Below are positions 38,926 through 59,090 of a stretch of 64,000 bases of DNA, in pieces; the first letter of the stretch is position 1; each line of letters starts with the position of its first letter. The stretch is from Oikopleura dioica (lineage: Eukaryota; Animalia; Chordata): positions 9,548,001 to 9,612,000 of the forward strand of contig OU015569.1 of the NCBI GenBank assembly GCA_907165135.1, given 5' to 3'. A model generated the notes under the pieces. It saw only the letters and a list, made by a program, of their open reading frames with translations, searched no databases and was not told the origin of the DNA. A program made the translations under genes and the position numbers.

Positions 38926-40620
38926 TCAGTGTTTGCTTTGTTCGTAGGGACTCTCATAAACAGGGTCCTTGTTGACTGCAACACTGTAGTAGTCTGACTC
39001 ATCGTACACTTCCGCATGAACAGCTCTTTGAATATTTGGATTTTCAACAGTAATGTAACCGCCAGTGCTGTCCGATTCGCTCAATTTTTGCACCGGTGCC
39101 GAACGTGGTTGGAGATAGACATCATCCGTTGAGTTGTTTCGCACCCGGCTGATGTCATTCCTGTCGATAACTGAAAAGTGCTGGAAAGTCGGATTCAGCA
39201 CTCCTCGTTTTTTCTCAGCTTTTGCGCATTTTCTAGTCAAATTCATTACAATGTCGTTATTGAAATAATTAATACTTTTTTATTTTTGATCGGCAGCTGG
39301 CTAATTTCGCTGAAATAACTTTGATGATATACGCAGAGATATTTCCGAAGAAAATCCCAAGTAAAAACGCAGTCAAAGCAATGACATTCCAAAGACCGCT
39401 GACGGCAAACAGCACTATGTTGACATCAAGGAAGATCTTTATGCCTAGGATCGACGAGCAAAAAATCAACCCCTAAAACCCCTTCAGGTAACTGCCCGAA
39501 ACTTTGGGACTATATGTATTTTGGCCCATCTTAAAAAATTGTAATTGAAATTTTTTTGGTATGATCACGTGATCATGTGATACGGACCCTCGAAAAGCTA
39601 GAAAAGCTTGCCAACCTCGATCCCCTGACTGCAGAGAATCATAATGTAGCTCACATGAAAGAGCACAAAAAGTTCTTCCTATAGAATCCAAAACATTTTT
39701 GGTAGCAAGATCACATGACTCGCTAGAGGGAAGTGAAGCGTCCAAAATGGCCCTTTTTGCGATGTGTTTTGGGCTGAGTAACCCGTGAAACCTGGATTTT
39801 TACCTCAATTTTAGCGAGTTTTGAGTCCTTATATAGCTTCTAGCATGTCCTGTAAAGACGACACCAAGAATTTTTTTGACTAAACCACTAGAACAAACCA
39901 AGACCTTTCTTTTTGGCCTAACGAGAAGATGATGCCATAAGGGGATCAAGCTCGGCAAGCTTTTCTAGCTTTTCGAGGGTCAGTAACCCGTGATCACGTG
40001 GTCAGACCAAAATATTTTCAAGAACATTTTTTTTAGTTGGGCCCTAATACATATTGTCCCAAAGTTTCAAGGCTTTACCAAAAAGGGTTCTTGGGGTTGA
40101 ATTTTTGCTCGTCGGCCCTATTTATGCCTAAAAGTGATATATTTTTGACTTGATTTTCCCTTGATTATTTACATTTAAAGATTAAGCACAAAATCATCTG
40201 GAACGATGTTTCCGGCTTCTTGGAATCAAGCATGCGGCAGAGCATCGTCCTCAAATACGCGACTGCAAAGACTCCGATTAGATACAGAATTTTTTCAGGA
40301 CGAGTAGACAGTGGACTACCCCAAAGAGTATAATGCGGCAGCTCTGTGGAAAACCTATAAAAAGTAAAAAAAAAATTCTACGTTGTGAGCGAAATTACCT
40401 ATTTCCCTGGGCACAGGCTGAGTGCTTCCACTCTTTCAATTCGTCAATGCATTGTGCTTCCTCATCAGTCATCTTTTCCTCAATGACAAGTGGAGGTCTA
40501 AATTTGCGCATAAAAGTGTATGCGCGTCTCTCAGTGTAACTCGGCACTGTGGCAGTGGAAAAATCGCAGCAGAGAAGACGAAGCCTCGCGCCAGGTGTCC
40601 CTGGAAAGCGGGACCAACCA
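38926..40620 (-). CDS. Uncharacterised single-pass membrane protein with a Tyr-rich cytoplasmic tail
   Basis: Exons 40620-40400, 40350-40170, the TM exon 39444-39273 (IFLDVNIVLFAVSGLWNVIALTAFLLGIFFG) and 39230-38926 join in frame. The 5' end is not defined. Confidence 0.55.
39446..40120. mobile_element. hAT-type MITE (675 bp, imperfect TIRs of about 170 bp)
   Basis: The ends are TAGGATCGACGAGCAAAAA / TTTTTGCTCGTCGGCCCTA. The 8-bp TSD TTTATGCC lies at 39438-39445 and 40121-40128. Shared blocks such as GACCCTCGAAAAGCTAGAAAAGCTTGCC occur in both arms. Confidence 0.92.
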
Positions 40621-41832
40621 GCTATTTATTTCTAAATATGGAAATTTCTCCGACAAATGACCGCGAGTTTTTCCATCAGATCCGTTATCTTGCTCACGCT
40701 TTTGCGAGATGCAAGTTGCATTACCCGAAATGAACTTTCAAATCGGTTTTCTCAACAATCAAGATTAGGTCCGACCTAATAGGTCGTACTAGTTTCAAAA
40801 ACAGAAAAATTCAGATCTCCTTGATTTGATCTTTTCGATGGAAAAAGCCTGCTTGTCCATTAATTACTAAACTCTAATTTCTAATTCCAGCGAAAGTGCG
40901 TTAATTTTGTAACAAGATAAATTCGAATAATATTTTGTGTGGTTAGTCTACTGGTGTGAATAGCTTTGGGTGGATTGGCGTCGATAGCACAAATCTTTTT
41001 CATTTAATTAATGTAAAAAATGTGTGAATTAAATATTATTGTGTGACCCGAGGTCGAGAAACCCAAAACAAATCATACCGGTTATGAAAAATGCGCAACA
41101 GATTAAACAAGCAACGTTTAATTAGACCAACTGAGACATATTGTTGGAGCAACAGCTTTGCAAAATCAGTGAAATCAGGACCGCGCCCTTTGATTTTGTC
41201 ACAAAAAAAAACGGCTGAAAATATATGAGTTGAACAAACATTTTTACAAATGATGATTTTTGCAGAAAAAAATAAACTCGCTCGTCACTTTCAAAGACAT
41301 GCTCGCTCAGACAGGTGTTTTCTTCACATATATCTTGAAAAGTATTGCTCTGCAAAGGGCTTAGGTTAATTGACTTAATTGAAGGCATTTCTACCTTGTA
41401 ACACATATTTACGAGTGGTGTTAAGCTCAGGTGGCTAAACAATTAAGTTTGTGTAGTTGACATACTAAATGCGGATCCTTTTTTTTTTCGAAGAAGTTTT
41501 TTTTTTCTTCTTTCAACCTTTTTGGGCAGTCGATTTTGAAGTTACAACTAATGTATGTTTTAATTATTTATTCGGCAAGTATACAGTGAAGCTTTACACA
41601 TTTGTAATCCAGATTCGGATCATTACGATTATAACAGGAACATAACACGCAGTAAGATAAGATACAGCACGAGTTGAAAAGCTGTTCTCATAGATAAGAT
41701 TTAAAATAAAGAGGGTCACAATCATGCGTTAGGTGGAACTTGTGCGGGGACTGGTACAGGCGACGGTAAGAAGGACGACGTCACGACTGGATTCGTGTCC
41801 AGCAGGTCTAAACAGGATCTTATTATCTAGGT

Positions 41833-47764
<5,932 letters not shown>

Positions 47765-50179
47765 TTTCTCTCGAGTATTTTGCTTCTTTCTAGCGAGTTT
47801 TCGTGCTTCAATTATCTCTTTGCTTCGACTGTAACTCTCTGTTGTAACAGATTTTTCTGGTTTTGGGCACGTCAACTACGCGTTGACCGTGAGCCAACTT
47901 TTGCCTCTTTTCACCTTACTGGGCCAAGTTTGGCGCTTAGGTCACCCGTAGGGGTCAGCTTGTACGACTTGGGGTTAAAAACTTGAGAGGCTTGAACCTG
48001 TGAGTGTCTCGAAAGCTTGGTGATGGAGAGGGAGAGGAGAGACAGCTAGAGACCTTAGCTCCACCGAGAATGGGAAAATGGCGCTCCCTGGCGCCTCCGA
48101 GCGCCTCAGCCAGATTGGTCCCATCGCCACGCACGCGCGCTCGCTGCTTACCAGCGCCACACTGCGGCGAATGGAATTTTACTTTGATATCGCTCTTAAT
48201 GAAAAATTTCGCCAAATTACTAGGAGTTGATGCTTCTTCTTTATACCATAAAATCTTCAATTCGATCACAGATCAGATTCCTTTTGTAAAGACACACGAG
48301 GGAAGGGGTTTTTCATTAACATTTTCTATGCGATTAGATTTTGATTAATAATGATTGCAATCGAAATCAGTGAGCGGCGAGGATTAAAAGAAGAATGGCT
48401 GCGCGGATTAATTATATTTCTCTCTAATTTAGCAGAGCGAAATAACGTTATTGAGTTCGATCGTAGAAGATTAATTAAACGAATCGAAAATAGTATTTTT
48501 AGGCTGGTTGGTTGTAAACCGATATTGCATATAAAATGAGTATTCGCTAAAATAAGCAGCACAAAAAAAGAATATCGGCAAAGAATTCAAAATCCACATC
48601 TAAAAATAGTTGCTCGAAACTCTTTTACTCAACCTGTGGAGATAGAAGCGCTAGCTCTGCAAGGGTGTATCAGTCCAAGCAATACGTATTTACACTATTC
48701 TGTGTTGATCTCGAGAAATTATTTAGGGCGGTGGTGCAACTTGGTGCAACGTGCACTGGAGAAGCGCGGCGCAATTAAGAAGTCGTGGTGTAATAGAATT
48801 TGCGAATTAAGACACCCAGACGATCATCAAAGGTCAGAACTCGATTAGCGCGATTGACACGAACGTGCACAAGAAAACATTAAAGCGTAATTCGAAAACG
48901 AACGAATAATCGCAGCACCCCAACTTGTCGGTTTTGGCTTCAAAGCAGCGCACCTTTGATCCAATTTCGGCCGCTAATGAGCTGTCACGTGAGGAACCAA
49001 AAGCAACATAAGTTGCTGCTATATTTTTCGAATCAATTAACACTTTGTTTTTGATGGACGAAAACGGAAACTGAAATTTTATCAAGTGAAAAGTTTCTTC
49101 AGGTTTTTGCAAAGCCGCGAGCAAACAGCTGCGCCACGCGTTTTTGCCTTTTTCCGCTGCATATAACCTTAATTTGGAAATCATTTCCGGGTCACGAGAG
49201 GGAAGAAATTTTATTGCCACAACAAGCCTGGTGCATACTTCCATCGACAGAAATAGAACGCAGACAATGGAGTCAAATAAGGAAAATCAAATATGAAGAT
49301 GTCCCTTCCCTCATTTTGCGTGAGAAGATTTTCCTTTGGAAAATTGAATCAGACATTCCACAGTACTTAACGGAGCACTTGACAAGTTAGAGATTTTTCA
49401 CCAAATACCTTCTAGCGCTCCATCTTTGAACAAAGCGGAAACGGCTGACTTTGATGTCGCAGAGCTAGGTCAAAATCTTCAAGTGCAAAAGCCAATAACA
49501 CAGATTTATCACCATAAGATTCTAAGCATCCGATTTTGAGGTTTTTTTTTGGATTTTAAAATTCTATTTCACTCGCGACGTGTAAATCGCGCTTGTCTGC
49601 GTATTTTTGGTAAAATATTTTTGAAAAATACGGAAAATAAAATCACAAAACAAAAAGGGAATATTCGGTAAGCTGGGCAGATCAAAGCCGACCCGTCCAT
49701 AATCCGTCATCGGTGAGAAAATAATCCGCCTCGGCTAATTGAATCTAATTGTCATTTCAGTCACTAGCAGTAGCCCGGAAGAAAAAGTAAACCTCGCTCA
49801 GTTCAAAGGGATCACTCAGAAGGACTCCGATCTCTCTGCGAAAATAAATTCTAGCGCACGTCCCATAAACAAACGCCAAACCCATAAAGGGCTTATCGAG
49901 AGTTGGCTTCCCACCTGTGCGATTTTTCTGAAGGTTTCTCGCTTTTATTCCATCTCTTGGAAGAAAAACTAATGAAGAAGATTATGAGAGAGCTAAAACG
50001 AATAAGCTATGATAAACAGTGCCAGGCAATGCATAAACAAATTCAATATCCGTCGCAGCACGTCCAGTAAATTCAACACAGCGGATGGCTCTGAATTTGC
50101 TGCATTTTAGGAGTAGAGTATCATTCTCTCCTTTATTCTACGGAATTTCTAGATAAAAATAAAGATTTTGTTTGTTTGT

Positions 50180-50195
50180 GGCCCTTAAAAGGGCC
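50180..50195 (-). terminator. Histone 3' stem-loop (H2A)
   Basis: GGCCCTTTTAAGGGCC on the minus strand, about 30 nt after the H2A stop. Confidence 0.93.
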
Positions 50196-50224
50196 GGTTT
50201 TGAAGAAACGTCTAAAAGACGTCC

Positions 50225-50592
50225 TTAGTTCTTCTTCTTGGGAAGAAGGACGGGGTTGATGTGGGGAGGACACCACCTTGAGCGATGGTGACTCCGCCGC
50301 AGAGTCGCTGCAGCTCTTCGTCGTTTCTGACGGCGAGCTGGATGTGTCGGGGGTTGATTCGGCTCTTCTTGTTGTCCCGGGCGGCGTTGCCAGCCAGCTC
50401 GACCACCTCGGCGGTGAGGTACTCGAGGACGGCGGCCAAGTAGACTGGAGCACCGGCGCCGATTCGATCAGCCCAGTTGCCGTTGCGAAGCATTCGGTGC
50501 ACTCGGCCGACGGGGAACGCAAGTCCAGCGCGGGCGGAGCGGCTCTTCTTGCCAGCCTTGGTCTTCTTGTTGAGGGATTTTCGTCCGGACAT
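50225..50592 (-). CDS. H2A: Histone H2A (divergent), with an apparent 1-nt frameshift near the C-terminus
   Basis: [74 protein letters not shown]. Adding one C in the C-run near 50264-50267 gives [15 protein letters not shown]. Confidence 0.95.
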
Positions 50593-50883
50593 GTCTTGCA
50601 CTTTCAGAGTCAAAAGTGAGAATGAGCAGCCCCGCCTTCCCGGGCCCTTTATATAGGCACGGGTGGGAAGAACAACAGCCCGCTCTAGAAACTTTTTTCG
50701 CTGAAAAGAGAAAAACAACAACGACCAACGCGCAGAATCTCTCGAAAGCGCGGAGAGAAAAACAAATTCTCTCCAGAAACTTTCTAGAGCCGCGTAGGCG
50801 GATCCTTCAAGCAAAATGTATATAAGGCCGCGTTTGAGCGAGATTTTCACAGTCCGACAATTGAAAAAGTCGAAAACTCCAAA
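50593..50883. promoter_or_regulatory. Bidirectional H2A/H2B promoter
   Basis: About 290 bp between divergent ATGs, with a TATATAA-like box facing each gene (about 50649-50655 on the minus strand, 50819-50825 on the plus strand). Confidence 0.7.
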
Positions 50884-51222
50884 ATGGCCAAGACTACCGC
50901 CAAGCCCGCCGCCGCTGCCACCCGTAAATACAAGAAGGCCCGAAAGGAGTCCTTCTCGATCTATATTTACAAGGTGTTGAAGCAGGTCCACCCCGACCAG
51001 GGCATCTCCTCCAAGGCGATGTCCATCATGAACTCTTTTGTTCGTGATATCTTCGACCGTGTCGGTTGCGAAGCTTCCCGCCTGGCCAAAAACACTAAGA
51101 AGTCCACCATCTCTACCCGAGATATCCAGACGGCCTGCCGTCTCCTTCTTCCCGGCGAGCTTTCCAAGCATGCCGTCTCCGAAGGTACCAAGGCGGTCGC
51201 CAAATATAACGCTTCCCGGTAA
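50884..51222 (+). CDS. H2B: Histone H2B (divergent)
   Basis: [56 protein letters not shown]. Intronless. Confidence 0.97.
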   Translation: MAKTTAKPAAAATRKYKKARKESFSIYIYKVLKQVHPDQGISSKAMSIMNSFVRDIFDRVGCEASRLAKNTKKSTISTRDIQTACRLLLPGELSKHAVSEGTKAVAKYNASR

Positions 51223-51248
51223 ATCTTAATTTACGGGAAGATAAAACA

Positions 51249-51264
51249 GGCCCTTTTAAGGGCC
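51249..51264 (+). terminator. Histone 3' stem-loop (H2B)
   Basis: GGCCCTTTTAAGGGCC, 27 nt after the stop. Confidence 0.93.
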
Positions 51265-51645
51265 ACAATTCCATCAGCAAGTTCTCTTTCGAGCGCAGTC
51301 TCAAGAATTCGCCCGCGCGAGGAGCTCCTCTCTTCGCCCTTATTGGTCGAGAGCGCTCATGTGCTGACATGCGCCTCGTCTTTACGAGCGCAATGTAGAG
51401 AAAATCATCATTTTCATTACTTTGAATCCTTGGAAGGTAACCAATGCCACAGCCATTCTTTTATAAAGCTTGGGCATTGCAGTTCATTCCACGGATTTCA
51501 GGTTACATTCGACGGTTTGGTTTTTAATTCCATAATTGGTAACTGCTTTTGAAAGCTATTCTTGAGTTTGGCAATTTAGAGCTTTATTTTCAATAGAATT
51601 AGAATATGGCAGTCTGTTATAAGAAGATGAATAGTCAGTATACGG

Positions 51646-53087
51646 TTATTGAGTGGATTCATCGCTGTCAGTCTTTGTCGAGTTTTCAGACACTTTTTGA
51701 ACTGCTTCTTCTGGAGCCTTCAGCGTGTAGCGCCAAACAGTTGTATCGTCAAAGACGGCAACAAGTATCCCGGAATCAGGCGAAAATGCGACTTGACGGC
51801 ACTGCGAGAAGATCTTGGGATGGTGGACGGTTATGTTGGGCTCTTTGCTTATTGTGTCCAAGTCCCAAAGAGTGATCTTTCCGACTTGGTTGCCGATGGC
51901 CATGAATCTTTTTTGTCGGTCAATTCCGAAGCGCACATACCAATTCGGACACTGGGGGACAGGATATGACATCGCACAAAGAATAGGAGGGCTCGGATTA
52001 ATTTCAGTTGGCTGGCTGAGATCAGGCTCCCAGATCTAATAAAATACCTTATACGAATACTTCTGGAATATATTTACCTTTATCTCGCTTTCGCATGATT
52101 TCGATATGATGAAGGACTCATACCACCGAATACAATCAATATAATTCGAGTGCACTTCTTTCGTAATGAAAACAGGAGTAAGTCTAACCGTAGGAAACGG
52201 GCGTCTTGATGTACTGCTTTCATACACATTTGAAGCTTCGAGAGCCACTTTCGCAAGTCGCCCAGAGATGTCCCAGATTATTACGCTGTGATCCATCCCT
52301 GTAAAACATTTGGAGTGAAGACCAAAAAATAAATGGTACTCACCTGACGAAGCACATAGATTCCCTTCTCTATTCCAATCACAGCTTAGCACCTCATCTT
52401 GATGTCCGTACAGTCCTCCATGATTGTAAACCTGTACTTCTGAGATTATATTCCAGGTAATCAAAGTTCGGTCTTTCGAAGCGCTAGTCAGCAGCTCGTG
52501 ATTATTGGGATGAAATTTCAATTCGTTGATGCTTGATCCATGTCCGATGAAATGGCGGAATACGTGACCAGTGTTGAAGTTGATTATGCGAATTGTGCCT
52601 CTCATTCCGCCTACAGCAAGAAGGGGGTCACCCTTTGACTTTCCCCACGCCGCAGTGTAAAAGCCTTCCTCTTCGTCAGCATCTTTATAAACTAATACCG
52701 GCTTAGTTTTTTCCTTGCTGCATTCGTAAACTGTGATCGTGTTTCCACCGACTGTTGCGAAGAATGAATTTCTCCATGGAGCGGTAAAAGGGCTCAAGAA
52801 GGGTTAAGAATCGGTTGTATTCGCACGATCTATTTGATTCGAACACCTGGGCTGAATGCAACGGAGTAAAGCTGTTCCCCATGATCCTCTTTTATCGCCG
52901 AATGCAGCGTAAGCGAGTACGTCGTTCGTTTCTTTCTTTCAGTCAAGTTGAAAAAATATTGTCAAATTAAATCGATGAATTAGATAATCGGTTAGTCGGT
53001 ATTTTCAACAGTCCCTATTTTTTACTTTAGGTGCATGCTCTTCTTCCCCCGTTTCTTCGAGCTCTTTTTCTCACACTCTCGTTTCAT
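51646..53087 (-). CDS. EED: Polycomb WD40 protein EED/ESC
   Basis: KEDHGEQLYSVAF, DADEEEGFYTAAW, LLAVGGMRGTIRII, GHGSSINELKFHP, LLTSASKDRTL, GHQDEVLSCD, VHSNYIDCIRW, ISKSCE and NWYVRF match EED, including the aromatic-cage positions. Confidence 0.93.
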
Positions 53088-53376
53088 GCTTCAGTAGCGC
53101 GTATTTGAGTTCCAAATGAGTTTCGGCTAGGATTTTCATACTACGATGCTTGAATTGTGATTCGTCTAATACAGCTCCTCCAGGTGCTATTGGCCGCCGC
53201 CAGCTCATAGTAAAACGCGCACTTTTTTAATACAGCGCCGAATCGAGGCGTTTTATTTATTATTTGTACCCCGTAAAAAATATGTATTGAATCGAAATTT
53301 TATTGTTGTCCTTGCATAAATAAATATCTGGCAGGCGTTATTTTATTATTCTAGTTGAGTGTAATTGACGGGAGTG

Positions 53377-55098
53377 TTATTGAGGTACAGATTCGTAATC
53401 CACATTGAACGATTCGTCGCACTCGTTTTCGTGAAATTTTTCTTTATAGACGAAAAACTTTTTAGAAAGTGCCATCTTTGCCCATTTTCTATCTTCGTGA
53501 ATTGGATCGTCAGGCTTTTCATCAACAGCCACGGCATAAAAATCGTCGATTTGATAACCGAAAAATACGAAGTCACTGAAATTTAATTAAAAAACATCTC
53601 GAGCATCTACTGACCTGTAATAGATCCTGTAGAGCTGTTCAATTACAGCCTTTGGGATGCCTTTGTAAAATTCTATGACATCGTCGTAACCCTTCAGCGC
53701 AGTTGTGTATTTGCCTGGGATGTGCGTCGACTCTGCCACATTCATTGCTTTGAGTATAAAGTCTTGTTCTTCTGAGCCCTGTTCTTGATGAACAACAAAG
53801 TCGAATTCGTTATGACAAGGACCGCTAAAGCATAATTTGAGTTTTGGATTGAGCACTGGTCTCACCAATGAAAAGTCATTGTTCTCCAGTGCTGATCGCG
53901 TTCGAAGTCGTATTCGGCAGCTGCTGCTAACTCCAAGAACGCGGGAAACGAATATTCAAACATCTATATTTTGAAAAACAAAGCTAGAAACACAAGTGTT
54001 ACCTCAACATCCATATTTTTCTTTTCAAATTTTTTCAAGACGAAACCGAATTTCGGCTCCACGATCTTCATCCAAGGATGTCCTTTTCTAAACTTGTCGC
54101 GGTAAGCACTGAGCAATCGGCTAAAAGGATGTCGAACATTGATCATCGTCAAGTATCCGTTGGAAGGTCCTCGCGAAGAGCGCTCTTTACCCATCCCAAT
54201 TTTAGGATAACGATCCAAATCGTAGAATATCTCGCTGTCGTCCAGTTCTTCCGGAGTTTTTTCACCCATTTTGACCAATGAAACTGAATGTCCGTGTTAA
54301 AGAAGTCAGCGAAATTGAAATGTCAATGTTGAATTTCAATCCAAATATTATTCAGGATAGCATTTTCTCCCAGAAGAGTTATCAATTTTCAAGCGTATCT
54401 AATTCGAGAATAATCCTAGAATTATCTTCGCACGTGGACTTATAAAACGCACCAAGACCGCGCTGCCAATTGGTACAACCAGTTTTCGTTGGGAGACAAA
54501 CGGAGAATTTGAAAGTATCGTTGAAGAAGTGCTCTTGTTTCTGGCTTTTATCAGCAAGCCTAGGCACGCATAAGGTTTCATCGGGCAGCGCTGAATTGAA
54601 GTCTAAAATCTGTTTCTGGAAATTCAACCGCTCCGTGTGTGTCTTTTGTTACTCAAAATAAGCTTTGAAACCATCACAGAGCTTATGTTACTGGCTTTTT
54701 CAATAAAATATTGAGTACTTTCCTGATCTCTCGAATTAAGAACACGTCGAGCCACGCTACAGGATCGGTCCAATATGCGTTTCCTCGTTTGAAAATTTTC
54801 GAATACTTTCGTATTCTTGAGTTCTTCGGGTAAAGCAAACTTAATCACACCGTGATCCACAACTTTTTTGGAAATAAAAGTCCGCTTCTCAGCTTTGGCA
54901 CATGCCTAAATTTACTTTTACGCTTGAATTTATGAACGTCCTAACTGGAACAACGGCTGGCTGCCAAGAGATCGTCAAAACTCCATTGCCTAATGATTTG
55001 CTAAGCAAAACAAAGAAAACCGCAGTCAGAAAAGCAAAAATAACAATTTGTTGTATGCCTCCAAAACTGGCGCCGATTGCCCTCGAATAAACACGCAT
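53377..55098 (-). CDS. Golgi carbohydrate sulfotransferase (CHST8-14/HNK-1ST, Sulfotransfer_2 family)
   Basis: N-terminal signal anchor, 5'-PSB-like CLPTKTGCTNWQR, 3'-PB-like VRHPFSRLLSAYRDKF, PCHNEFDFV and LYRIYYRSDFVFFGY. Confidence 0.88.
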
Positions 55099-55575
55099 TT
55101 CTCTATCCCACGATTTCAATCAATCTCTCTGTATTTCTTGCGTACATTAATTTCGCTCAACAAATAACTTTCTTTCAATGAATGCTTTAAAAAAACATGC
55201 ATCTCTTGATATTGACCGGGGGGCAACGCAGTGCGCTGGAAAATTAAGTTTTGCATGTCTATAATCGGACTGATTGTTCCAATTATATCCGATTACGAGG
55301 ACTAGCTCGTACCAATCAATCTCAATTTTATATTTTAGTAAAATGTTGCGTTGAGATACACTGTCCAAAGTCTAAAATTGAAACTCTGAACGCAATTTCC
55401 TCTTCAAACTGTTACCTCTTATTATTAGAAAGAATTATGATAAATTCACACGCTTTAGCCTGCTGATAGTGATTCCTAGAATGAAAAAAAGAAACTTTAG
55501 ACAGTGGACCATGGGAATTTAGCATATGCTTCGCGTAGAAAACAACAGAACTGTAACCAAAAAGTCATAGCGAGA

Positions 55576-58141
<2,566 letters not shown>

Positions 58142-59090
58142 CTGTGCCTATGTTTGCTCGTTTATCTCAGCTTGTTGAGAATAAAGTGTTGACAATTCAA
58201 AATAAAACAGACGAAAAAGATAGATTTTTTTTGAAATATATTTTCTTGAATAACTGAACCATAGTGACAGAAAAAGCAATACAGAATTTGAACAGGCTAC
58301 TTATTTTGAATAATTCTGATTTGCTACGAGAAAATGGAAATAAAAATAAATGGAACAGTAGATTGAATTTTTATGAGAACTTACTGTCAAGTCAAATAAG
58401 GACTTTAAATGAATAGTTCTCAAATTGACTTGACACCGAGGTTTGGAAATTGGAAACGGGTGCCAAGGACGAATGTTTAACTGATTATGTTACAGTTGAG
58501 TAGGTTGTTAAAGATCATGAGTTAAAATAAACCTTTCGTGAATACTACGGTTATTACACATTGCTTCTTCGGTTTTCCCTGTGATTGAGGGTCAAAATAT
58601 TTATTTACAAAAAATAACCGCAGGAAAATCCTATCTAGCATTAATTTGGAAAATAGTCAGGAAATGCGAAAAGGGCTGGTTGTGGAACTAGTTAATTAAA
58701 GCTTCCGCTTTTCAATCAGAAAAGAGTTCCAGTTTCATGCGAAATTCTAGTAGTGTATTCTGATGAAACAGGCAAAGAGCTTAGGGAGGTTTCAAATCTT
58801 GCGGACGGAAAAAAAAATTTTTTCTCAGATTTTTGTTTCATCTGAAAGAGCGTGAAAAATGACGCAGATTGATGGTCGAATGATCGCTCCTGCAAAGATA
58901 TTTTGGGAGAAAAGTCATTTTGAATGTTCAAAAATGGGTCAACTGGTCACCGTCACTGTGACTCATAGAAAACAGGTACTTTTATTTACTTATATTAAAA
59001 TTTTTTTTTCCGTCCGCAAAATTTGAAACCTCCCTTACGTTTGGTTAGGATATGGTAGTGCTTATTTGAAGGGGTCGGGTTTCGAGTGGC

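Noticed and set aside
47955-49244. ORFs upstream of COUP-TF
   Set aside because: No recognisable domains. They are better explained as 5' UTR and regulatory DNA.
50212-51171. 319-aa minus-strand ORF fusing anti-H2B sequence to H2A
   Set aside because: It starts at a non-ATG codon and is the antisense shadow of H2B plus the promoter. The real H2A starts at 50592.
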